DNA of 64,000 nucleotides from an uncultured Bacteriovoracaceae bacterium (GTDB taxonomy: Bacteria > Desulfobacterota > Desulfomonilia > UBA1062), in the NCBI GenBank assembly GCA_964400685.1, contig CAYNVT010000004.1:606-64605 (forward strand), read 5' to 3'. The notes beneath the pieces were generated by a model. It did no database searches. It was not told the DNA's origin and saw nothing but the letters and a program-made list of their open reading frames with translations. A program made the position numbers and the translations under genes. Below, piece after piece: positions 1 to 11,968 of the stretch (within the stretch, counting starts at the first letter, position 1; every line of letters starts with the position of its first letter).

Positions 1-25
1 AAAACGGTATCTCAGCCTTATTTAT

Positions 26-361
26 ATGCTTGATAAAAATGTTGAACATACAGACGGCATTTATCCTGATGAGCTGAGGGCCCTTGCAGGGGACAGCAAG
101 GCCAGCACCAGACTGAACGCCCTTGTCCTGGCAGGCAACCTGAAGGATGACCAGTTTGCAGACCTTGTAAAAACCTCATTGAATGACACCCAGATCAACG
201 TGAGAACCAAGGCCTGCTGGGCAATTGGAAGGTTGGGTATGCCTGATACGGCAATTATCCTTCAAGGTGTTATCGATAATGACCCTTCCTGGTATGTCAG
301 GGATTATGCCTATATGGCCATGTCAAAGTATAAGCATGAGGCAAAAACAGTTATAAGGTGA
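26..361 (+). CDS. HEAT-repeat protein, C-terminal part (possibly 5' truncated by window edge; no in-frame stop upstream of 26)
   Basis: Repeated helix-turn-helix-like HEAT/PBS-lyase-type motifs (ACWAIGRLG, VRDYAYMAMS); ORF is open to the window start. Confidence 0.35.
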   Translation: MLDKNVEHTDGIYPDELRALAGDSKASTRLNALVLAGNLKDDQFADLVKTSLNDTQINVRTKACWAIGRLGMPDTAIILQGVIDNDPSWYVRDYAYMAMSKYKHEAKTVIR

Positions 362-606
362 TCTTATTCCTGAGTTAACACCAAGATAAAAATATTAAAA
401 TCGGCGTCTCAAAATTTCAGCATATTACATCGTTTAAGGTTTTCAAGATAACATCCGATAATAATTATAAATCAACTTATTTTTAACGGAGTTAAATTAT
501 TATAAAAAAAGTCAGGTGAAGGCGGGATGTTAACTAACAGTCACAGAAGAATTATTCATCACGAATAAAGAGGCCATACGGTGCTGGCCAGAAAGGAAAG
601 CGCCTT

Positions 607-4164
<3,558 letters not shown>

Positions 4165-4331
4165 AAGGCGAATCAGCAAGAGTATCTGACTGATTGAGCC
4201 GGGACTGCTGACAGATAAAAATCGGCAAAGAAATACGGTAAGGGTTCACATCAAGGTCGCACTTCTTAAAACCCGCTTATATTAAGATTAAGATGAAGCT
4301 TAAGAGATCCATAAAAACAGGAGGTGCAGTC

Positions 4332-4778
4332 ATGCTGAAGGAATTCAAGGAATTTGCTATAAAGGGAAATGCCATGGACATGGCGGTCGGAATCATAATA
4401 GGCGCCGCATTCGGCGCAATAGTCAAATCGCTGGTCGATGACATCATAATGCCTCCTATCGGTCTGCTGCTGGGAAATGTCGACTTTTCGGACCTGTTCA
4501 TCGTCCTTAAGAACGGCAAAGATGCGGCGGCAACCTATGCAACCCTGGCCCAGGCAAAGGCGGCAGGGGCCGTAACACTGAACTATGGCGCGTTTATAAA
4601 TGTCATAGTCTCTTTCATTATAATCTCGTTCGCTGTTTTTCTTCTGGTAAAGGCCATGAACAGATTCAGGAAGGCCGCCGAAATTACTACGAGGGATTGC
4701 CCTTATTGCCTATCATCAATACCTAAGAAGGCAATCAAATGCAGCCATTGCAGTTCTGAGGTCAAACCGGTTGATTAG
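4332..4778 (+). CDS. mscL: Large-conductance mechanosensitive channel MscL with C-terminal CxxC...CxxC zinc-ribbon extension
   Basis: Canonical MscL N-terminus [34 protein letters not shown] 7 nt upstream of ATG at 4332; C-terminal tail CPYC..(14)..CSHC. Confidence 0.85.
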   Translation: MLKEFKEFAIKGNAMDMAVGIIIGAAFGAIVKSLVDDIIMPPIGLLLGNVDFSDLFIVLKNGKDAAATYATLAQAKAAGAVTLNYGAFINVIVSFIIISFAVFLLVKAMNRFRKAAEITTRDCPYCLSSIPKKAIKCSHCSSEVKPVD

Positions 4779-4882
4779 GAGAAAGCTCCACAGATTCATT
4801 TGATATAATTGACGTTTCATAATTTGAATACGGAACAAAAGATTGTAAGATATGCCAGACCCTCAGGTAAAGGAGTGAAATA

Positions 4883-5320
4883 ATGTCCGGACAGATCGAA
4901 GAGGTAAAGGTTAATCTTATAAATCAAAAGGTTAAATTCAGGGGCGAGTCGAAATCGAATCCTGACGCACCTGTCATCTTTGACTATATGCCACCTGTGG
5001 GAGACGGTGAAGGGTATAACGGGCTAGAATTGCTGCTCATGAGTCTCAGCGGCTGCAGCGCCACAGCTGTTGTTTTTCTGTTGAGAAAAATGGGTAAAAC
5101 AGTTTCAGGCTTTGAGGTCAATGCAAAAGGCGTAAAGACGGAACAGCCTCCGCTGAAATTTGAGAAGATATTCCTGGAATTCGTTTTAAAATCAAATGAC
5201 GCAAAGGACGCGGACATGCAAAGGGCCATGAAGCTTGCCGAAGAATCAGTCTGCCCTGTCTGGCAGATGATCAGGAACAATGTCGAGGTAATTGCGGAAT
5301 ACAAAATTATACCTGAATAA
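4883..5320 (+). CDS. OsmC/Ohr family peroxiredoxin-like protein
   Basis: OsmC-fold motifs with two conserved Cys (LSGCSA, ESVCPV), 145 aa; RBS AAAGGAG upstream. Confidence 0.7.
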   Translation: MSGQIEEVKVNLINQKVKFRGESKSNPDAPVIFDYMPPVGDGEGYNGLELLLMSLSGCSATAVVFLLRKMGKTVSGFEVNAKGVKTEQPPLKFEKIFLEFVLKSNDAKDADMQRAMKLAEESVCPVWQMIRNNVEVIAEYKIIPE

Positions 5321-5334
5321 TAGGGGCAAAGAAG

Positions 5335-5778
5335 ATGAATGAAACCTGCCTCAGATTGACTGATAAGGACGCTCCCCCTACCCCCCGGCAGATTGAATCG
5401 TGGATCGGCAAAAGAGCTTACGGCTTTTGGATGCGTATTTCGGAAATGATTGAACATGGCTACCCGGGAGTCTTTACACCACAATGGCTTTACGGCGGGA
5501 AAAAGCACGGCTGGTCCCTGCGCTACAAAAAAAGCAGATCATTCTGCACGTTCATACCCGAAAAAGGCAGGTTCCTGCTGCTTATAGTATTCGGTGCCGA
5601 GGAACGTCAAAAGGTTGAAACGATAAGGTATGAAATATCCGGAATCACCATGCAGCTATATGACGAAGCTAAGACCTATCACGACGGCAAATGGCTGCTT
5701 CTCGATGTAAACAGTGAAACCGTTCTTTCAGATATTAAAAAGCTGCTTATCGTTAAGCGCAGACCTCTTAAGCATTGA
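5335..5778 (+). CDS. Hypothetical protein (DUF3788-like)
   Basis: 147 aa ORF with good coding periodicity; weak recollection of DUF3788 family; no catalytic motif. Confidence 0.35.
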   Translation: MNETCLRLTDKDAPPTPRQIESWIGKRAYGFWMRISEMIEHGYPGVFTPQWLYGGKKHGWSLRYKKSRSFCTFIPEKGRFLLLIVFGAEERQKVETIRYEISGITMQLYDEAKTYHDGKWLLLDVNSETVLSDIKKLLIVKRRPLKH

Positions 5779-5791
5779 TACAGGCAATGCC

Positions 5792-7006
5792 CTAGTTTAA
5801 CAGCGCCGTGATGCTTGCGCTCATTTCCCTCATATAGAGAGCCTGTATTGTGAGGGAGTTTTTTCCGTCTGTTATGTTCCAGACATTTGTAAACATGAGA
5901 GTCGTGATGCCGGTATCCGTATTATGATACATGTCAGTCAGATATCCCTGATGAGCCCCGCCGTGCCCCCAGCCTAAACCTGGGACATACTCGAGCCCCA
6001 GTCCGTACAGAACAGACGAGCCTTCCTTCTGCGGCAGCGCCGCCTGCTTCATAATTTCAACAGTATCCTCAGTAAGGCCGGCCTCGCCCGAGAGAAGTCT
6101 TCTGCACCAGAGCGCAAGATCATACGGCGTAGTTATCAGGTTTCCTTCCGCAATATTTGCAGTCAGGTTATCCTCAGTTACATCAACGAGAGGTGAAGCG
6201 CCTGTATAAAAATAGCCGGGAACAAAAGGCGAAGGCAGCGCGTTCTGATGAGAATTGACAACCAGGGATGTATCAGAAAGCCCATTACCGAATATGAACT
6301 CATCCCTGATGAAATCATTGTAATTTACCCCCGATACCCTTTCGATGATTTTCCCCAGAAGCGAATAGCCGGTGTTTGAATAATGGTATTTTAGCCCCGG
6401 AGCCGAATCTGAAAGCTGATATTGGGCGACAATCCCAAGCAGTTCGTCAAAGGTGAACTGATGGTACGGGTCCCCTTCTTTCACATAATCTATATAATTC
6501 TTTCCGCCAAAGGGAGGGCCTTTATCTTCGGGGATATTCGAATTTGCCACATCGAAAACTCCTCCCCAGTGCATTAAAAGCATCTTTATGGTTATCTGGT
6601 GCTTGTATGGAATGTCATAATCAACCGTGTCCGGAATGTATGGATTCGACGTTCCCGGAATATCATCAGTTATGTAATCATCGATATCAAGAAGACCCTG
6701 CTGATAAAGAAGCATTATGGCGGCAGCCGTAAATGTTTTGGTGGTGCTTGCGCTCCTGAATCTGTAATAGTTTTTTACATTGTTTCCCATTGCTGTACTC
6801 AAAAAATAATCACCCCCGGGAGAGAGTATCTGCATGGCCACACCCCCTCCGAAACCGGGTTTGCCGTTTGAATATGCACCCCATGCGGAATCAAGGGTTG
6901 ATTGCATCGAGTCCTGCAGGTTCACATCGCTGTTGCCGCTCGAGTTGCTGCATGCGGATATCAGGATCAGTATCGCCACATAAAGGAGATATCTTGTCTG
7001 GTACAT
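5792..7006 (-). CDS. Serine hydrolase, beta-lactamase/transpeptidase-fold lipoprotein
   Basis: Lipoprotein signal (..LISAC); S-x-x-K motif STTK; YxN-like YSNTGY; 404 aa. Confidence 0.75.
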   Translation of the reverse strand: MYQTRYLLYVAILILISACSNSSGNSDVNLQDSMQSTLDSAWGAYSNGKPGFGGGVAMQILSPGGDYFLSTAMGNNVKNYYRFRSASTTKTFTAAAIMLLYQQGLLDIDDYITDDIPGTSNPYIPDTVDYDIPYKHQITIKMLLMHWGGVFDVANSNIPEDKGPPFGGKNYIDYVKEGDPYHQFTFDELLGIVAQYQLSDSAPGLKYHYSNTGYSLLGKIIERVSGVNYNDFIRDEFIFGNGLSDTSLVVNSHQNALPSPFVPGYFYTGASPLVDVTEDNLTANIAEGNLITTPYDLALWCRRLLSGEAGLTEDTVEIMKQAALPQKEGSSVLYGLGLEYVPGLGWGHGGAHQGYLTDMYHNTDTGITTLMFTNVWNITDGKNSLTIQALYMREMSASITALLN

Positions 7007-7019
7007 ACATGGCCTCCCT

Positions 7020-8078
7020 TTAATTATTTTCTATCGCCAGGTATGAGTACAATGCCATGAAATCATCCAGCGGGATGCTGAATATGCCCCTTGCTGTCGT
7101 ATAGCCGTTGTCAATTCCGTCAGGCCCCTCTGGGGTAAAGTCGTATGCCATAGGGTTCCACATGATAAGCTTTCCGGCAGAAGCATCAAAATCCATCACT
7201 GCATAGACATGGTCCCAGGGCAGATGAGAGGTGTTTTTTTTCAGCATCAGGGCTTCGGCCATAAGGTTGCCATCATGCATTTTCTGAAGGGCCTTTTTAA
7301 GCTCCCCCCTTGCGATATCGTCAATCTTGAAAACGGCTGCATCGTTACCTGTCCAGCGTTTGACGATGGAGCCTATCGGCACGCCCGGCCTGTCAATCGC
7401 TACAGTCGGGTCAGGAATGGCGGCGGATTTAGCACTCGTTTGCGACAAAATAGTTCCCAGCGCCTTTTCCAGCACCGGCATCCATAGGCCTCCTGACAGC
7501 GTAGAGGCCGAATCATTGAATGCCATCTCGGCATCCGTCGGTTCTGTTACTGTCGCCTCATCTCCGTTGGGGAAAACCACATGGTAAGTTTTGTCAGGTT
7601 TTTGTGTTATAGCTTTTTTTATGACATCACTCCGGTATTTCGCAATCCAGCCTGTACCCGAAAAGAAATAGCAGTCTCCCGCCGGTCCCTGCGCCATGGT
7701 ATCGAAATCGGGCTGTCCAGGTGCGAAGAGAACACGGTTGACGCCTTTGAGTTTCTCGACATCCTTCTGGTAGAGCTCAAGGGTCTTGTCATCCTGTATT
7801 GCAACGGCGCTTGCCTTATCAATGGAATCCAGCTTGTTTTTTCTCATATAGGTCTCAAGCGCCACAAGCGCAGCAGCATTCTCACCTTTGAATTCGGGCC
7901 TTGCAATGGCTGCAAGCAGATCATCCTTCTGCACGGTGTCATTGCCGTTTGACCATTTATTCCAGTTATTTGCGACAACATCGCCAAGAGACGCCGCAGA
8001 CAGCCGCGGCTGAAAACAAAATATCAGGACCAGAACAGTTAAAGATATTCTTGCAAAAAGCAGATTATAGGTCTTCAT
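7020..8078 (-). CDS. Secreted calpain-like (peptidase C2 / papain-fold) cysteine protease
   Basis: Signal peptide; calpain catalytic triad context QGPAGDCYFFSGTGW (Cys), DHVYAVMDFD (His), LIMWNPM (Asn). Confidence 0.55.
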   Translation of the reverse strand: MKTYNLLFARISLTVLVLIFCFQPRLSAASLGDVVANNWNKWSNGNDTVQKDDLLAAIARPEFKGENAAALVALETYMRKNKLDSIDKASAVAIQDDKTLELYQKDVEKLKGVNRVLFAPGQPDFDTMAQGPAGDCYFFSGTGWIAKYRSDVIKKAITQKPDKTYHVVFPNGDEATVTEPTDAEMAFNDSASTLSGGLWMPVLEKALGTILSQTSAKSAAIPDPTVAIDRPGVPIGSIVKRWTGNDAAVFKIDDIARGELKKALQKMHDGNLMAEALMLKKNTSHLPWDHVYAVMDFDASAGKLIMWNPMAYDFTPEGPDGIDNGYTTARGIFSIPLDDFMALYSYLAIENN

Positions 8079-8225
8079 TTTTTAATCCCTTTATAGATTT
8101 ATTATCTAATTAATTATCGGTTTGTTTTGAATATCTCTTGACCTCATAATCAAACAGATACCATATATGAGTTCAACCCGTTCTCCACGATTACCGGCAA
8201 TAAAAATCACAGGAGGAGAAGCAGT

Positions 8226-9107
8226 ATGGGATTCAGCGAAACCAGAACAGAAGTTTTCAGTCCGGATGGTAATACAAAACTGCAGGTTTATGAATGGCTG
8301 CCCGATGGTGATGTAAAGGCCGTCTTTCTGGCCGTCCACGGCGGCATGGCCCATGCAGGCGACTGGGTGACCCCTGCTCTTTTCTTCAAAGATAAGGGTG
8401 TCGCCACCTATGCATTCGACCTGAGATGGCACGGGACATATCCTTTGCATAATCCGGGCGGCAAGGTCTATTTCCATACGAATTCCTATGAGGAAAACGT
8501 CTCCGACCTGAACGCCTTTTATGAATGGGTAAAGGCAAAACACCCCGGCAAGCCGGTATTTGTCCTTTCCCATTCCAACGGCGCTTTGATTTCGCTCCTT
8601 TATGGCCTCACGACAGCGAAAAAAACTGATATCAAAGGTTTTATCGTTTCGTCGCCCTGGCTCAAGAACAAGGTCAAGGTCCCTGCAATAGTTGAAAAAC
8701 TGGCCGGAATAATAGCCGCAATCCATCCGACATTTGCCGTAGTGCCGCCTGACATCACAGACAAACTCACCCATGACGAGAAGATTCATGCCAGGCATAT
8801 CGAGGACACAAAACTGGGGCTGCGCGGAACGACTGCAACAGCAAAACTCGGGGCTGAAAGCGCAAAAACTCAGGCTACTGTTGTAGCCGGTCTGAAAAAC
8901 TGGGCACGCTTCCCGATGTTTGCCATAATTGCCGGCGATGATTATCTGGCCGATCCGACTGCAAGCAGGGCCGTACTTAAGACCGTACCGCAGGAACTGC
9001 TGAGTCTTATGGAGCATGAAAAGAACTATCATGAAAATTTCAACGAGGTTAACCGCGAAGTTACCTTTGCCGCCATCTGGGACTGGATGCAGAAATACAT
9101 GGGCTGA
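8226..9107 (+). CDS. Alpha/beta hydrolase (lysophospholipase/monoacylglycerol lipase-like)
   Basis: HGGMAHAGDW oxyanion region, nucleophile elbow LSHSNGA (GxSxG variant), 293 aa. Confidence 0.7.
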   Translation: MGFSETRTEVFSPDGNTKLQVYEWLPDGDVKAVFLAVHGGMAHAGDWVTPALFFKDKGVATYAFDLRWHGTYPLHNPGGKVYFHTNSYEENVSDLNAFYEWVKAKHPGKPVFVLSHSNGALISLLYGLTTAKKTDIKGFIVSSPWLKNKVKVPAIVEKLAGIIAAIHPTFAVVPPDITDKLTHDEKIHARHIEDTKLGLRGTTATAKLGAESAKTQATVVAGLKNWARFPMFAIIAGDDYLADPTASRAVLKTVPQELLSLMEHEKNYHENFNEVNREVTFAAIWDWMQKYMG

Positions 9108-9134
9108 TGAATCTATATAAAGGACTGTCCGCAA

Positions 9135-9737
9135 ATGATAACAGGAGTTGATGATAAAATCCGCCGCTGCCCCTGGGTTGATACGAGCAAACCCGATTAC
9201 GTACATTATCATGACAAAGAATGGGGTGTCCCGGTTTATGATGACAGGCTTATATTTGAATTTCTGACACTCGAATCCGCACAGGCAGGGCTGAGCTGGT
9301 ATACAATCCTTAAAAAGAGAGAGAATTACCGGACCGCGTTTAAAAACTTCGAGCCGGAAAAGATTATTCTTTTTGATGAAAAGAAAGTTGAAGAGCTGCT
9401 TCAGAATCAGGGAATCATAAGAAACCGTTTGAAGATCGAAGCGACAATAAACAATGCCCGCCGTTTCCTTGAAGTTAAGGCGGAATTCGGAAGCTTTTCC
9501 AAATACATATGGGGATTTGTCGGAAGCAGGCCCATAATTAACGAGATACGAACCTTGTCGGACTACAAGCCGACAAGCAGAGAATCGGATGCGTTAAGCA
9601 GAGACCTTAAGAAAAGAGGCTTTAAATTTCTTGGTTCAACCGTATGCTATGCGCACATGCAGGCTACCGGCATGGTAAATGACCATTCTATCGAGTGCTT
9701 CAGGAGAAGTGAAATAACAGGTAAATATAAAAAATAG
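9135..9737 (+). CDS. tag: DNA-3-methyladenine glycosylase I
   Basis: Strong Tag motifs: RCPW, YHDKEWGVP, FEFLTLESAQAGLSW, four Cys/His zinc ligands. Confidence 0.85.
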   Translation: MITGVDDKIRRCPWVDTSKPDYVHYHDKEWGVPVYDDRLIFEFLTLESAQAGLSWYTILKKRENYRTAFKNFEPEKIILFDEKKVEELLQNQGIIRNRLKIEATINNARRFLEVKAEFGSFSKYIWGFVGSRPIINEIRTLSDYKPTSRESDALSRDLKKRGFKFLGSTVCYAHMQATGMVNDHSIECFRRSEITGKYKK

Positions 9738-9809
9738 AATGTACGCCAATGGCAGGCCTTTATCTCTGCCGCCAGACATAAAGGCCTGAAGCCCTATCAT
9801 TTTTGAAGC

Positions 9810-10301
9810 TTATTTAACTTCGTACATGCCTGAACCCAGCCACCATGTGTCGTCAACTTTTTCAACATAGCCGAGTTTGGTCTCAACGTCATTGTTATGA
9901 ACGGGATTTGGCCAGGAGTATTCAAGCCAGCCGCTGTCCTTGGCGGCAAGTTTTATAAGCTCCTGAATCACCATGACACCATTCTTGTCTTTCATGCCTA
10001 TAAGGTTTTTGCCTACAAGGTCCGGCTGTCCTCCGTGTGATATTACGGTCCCCTTGAAGTCATATGCGTAAATATAGAGTTCGCCTTTGATGAAACCGCC
10101 TTTTTTATCCATGAACTCTTTCAGGGCCTTATCCTTTCCGTTTTTCTTCGCATAAGCAACCGCACTCTTGACGAAGGCAACTACCTCGGCTTTCGAAGGA
10201 ACGGCCGGTGTTTTCACCTCCTCTTTCCCTGTTGCAAAGGCTGACTGGGCCGCTGCCATAAAGAACACCGTCATGACCAATCCGGCAATTGTCTTTTTCA
10301 T
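9810..10301 (-). CDS. Periplasmic single Cache-domain protein
   Basis: Signal peptide, Cache-like fold signature (GELYIYAYDFKGTVISHGGQPDLVGKN...WLEYSWPNP). Confidence 0.5.
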   Translation of the reverse strand: MKKTIAGLVMTVFFMAAAQSAFATGKEEVKTPAVPSKAEVVAFVKSAVAYAKKNGKDKALKEFMDKKGGFIKGELYIYAYDFKGTVISHGGQPDLVGKNLIGMKDKNGVMVIQELIKLAAKDSGWLEYSWPNPVHNNDVETKLGYVEKVDDTWWLGSGMYEVK

Positions 10302-10642
10302 ACGATTCCTCTTTTCTGATTCTCAGTTAAAGATAGTTCGTCATCTTAAGATAATATCTTTAATTCAGCATCACCTGTCATGGTCGATATGGATGGAAGC
10401 TCAATTGACATGAATTTGTAACGCAACTATATTAGTGCAGATCTGTTTAAGCGTTTTGCCGTGAAATCGATACCCGGAACATTTTTAATTTGGAAATAAT
10501 AGGTTTATCAGAAATCATGCATGAAGATGAGCCAGGCATTCAGGACAGCAATGAATCTGGAATACATGTTCTGGGACGGAACATACAACGATGTGAAATG
10601 GATTGAATGACAATGCGGCGCAATCGCAGGTAGAATGTATAT

Positions 10643-11104
10643 ATGCAGGAAAATAACAACATCATTATACGTGAGGCTGCCCCGGGCGACATCGAGGACA
10701 TCTGCCGATTGCTCGCCCTTCTTTTCGAACAGGAGGCCGAGTTCGAACCCGATTATGAAAAACAGAAAAGAGGCGTTTCCGAGATAATATCTGACCCGCA
10801 CAAAGGCATGTTTCTTGTTATGGAGGTCTCGGGGCGAATAGCGGGTTGTGTAAGTCTTTTGTTTCTTGTGTCTACAGCCATGGGCGGAAAAGCCGCAATT
10901 CTTGAAGATATGGTCATAGAGCCTGAAGCCAGGGGCCGAGGTCTCGGCTCTCAACTGCTGAAAAAGGCAATCAGCTCTGCACAAGAGAATGGATGCATGA
11001 GGATTACGGTCTTGACTGACAACGGCAACATGGCATCGCAGAGGCTGTATGAAAAGTCAGGTTTCAGAAAATCTCAAATGATGCCCATGCGGCTCATATT
11101 ATAA
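10643..11104 (+). CDS. GNAT family N-acetyltransferase
   Basis: Acetyl-CoA binding motif RGRGLGSQLLKKAI; 153 aa. Confidence 0.8.
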   Translation: MQENNNIIIREAAPGDIEDICRLLALLFEQEAEFEPDYEKQKRGVSEIISDPHKGMFLVMEVSGRIAGCVSLLFLVSTAMGGKAAILEDMVIEPEARGRGLGSQLLKKAISSAQENGCMRITVLTDNGNMASQRLYEKSGFRKSQMMPMRLIL

Positions 11105-11135
11105 CGTATTATATAGTAGTAAGAATTGAGTTTTT

Positions 11136-11939
11136 CTATTTTTCAGCAAAGGCCTTGAAAAAGGTGTAGCAGAAAACGCCGTCTTCGTCAGCTGTTCTGT
11201 ATAAATCATCTATGCCGCTGTCGAAATCGGCTGCATTTATGAGCTTTTCCGAAAGGGCCTTTTCGCGAACTCCCTCTATCATGGCGGTAAAGGTCTTTTT
11301 CGTGAAACCTTCTACAAGACCGGGGCTGGATGAATCCACATAGACCATCCTTGGCGAGACACAGACATCCTTGAAACCTGCCTTTATCAGAAGAGGATAT
11401 AGCTCCCTGCCTATCATGGCATTGCCTCCGGCTCGTCTCTGGAGTTCGACCTGGCATAAAATCGCCTGGTGTGCGTAAACGCTGTCCGGGTAAAAGTATG
11501 CCGAGCCATGATCGCCTTCGATGACCGTGATAGTACCGCCCGGCCGGATAAGCCTTTTTAATATTGTCAGGGTCTTTACAGGATTTTTGAGATGTTCGAG
11601 AACAAAACAAACAAATACATGATCGAATGATTCGGGCTTGAACTCAAGGTTGAATATGTCAGCCTGCTTAAATGTTACATTTCTATATCCAAGGGCAACG
11701 CAGCGTTTTTCAGCCTCATCAACAGAAGCCTTTGAAATGTCTATCGATGTGAAGATAGCATCCGGGCTTTTCGCCGCCAGAGTCACGGTCTGCGCCCCTA
11801 CCCCGCATCCAGCTTCGAGAACCGTGCTCCCGGCCGGATAAAAAGTGTCCGAATGCAGAAGTTCTACAAGGGTATCCGCCTGGTCGGTAAGCCTTTCGTT
11901 TTCCTTCCCGTCGTATCCGTGTACGTATTCATTTTTCAT
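11136..11939 (-). CDS. Class I SAM-dependent methyltransferase
   Basis: Motif I VLEAGCGVGAQT, motif post-I DIS..., 267 aa. Confidence 0.75.
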   Translation of the reverse strand: MKNEYVHGYDGKENERLTDQADTLVELLHSDTFYPAGSTVLEAGCGVGAQTVTLAAKSPDAIFTSIDISKASVDEAEKRCVALGYRNVTFKQADIFNLEFKPESFDHVFVCFVLEHLKNPVKTLTILKRLIRPGGTITVIEGDHGSAYFYPDSVYAHQAILCQVELQRRAGGNAMIGRELYPLLIKAGFKDVCVSPRMVYVDSSSPGLVEGFTKKTFTAMIEGVREKALSEKLINAADFDSGIDDLYRTADEDGVFCYTFFKAFAEK

Positions 11940-11968
11940 ATTATGTTATTTCCCTTAAATCAGAATGT

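Noticed and set aside
4984-5508. 174-aa minus-strand ORF
   Set aside because: Spans and lies antisense to OsmC and the following ORF. No RBS or motif.
8106-9212. 368-aa minus-strand ORF
   Set aside because: Antisense to two plus-strand genes with clear family motifs (alpha/beta hydrolase and Tag glycosylase). It has no motif of its own, so it is a shadow ORF.
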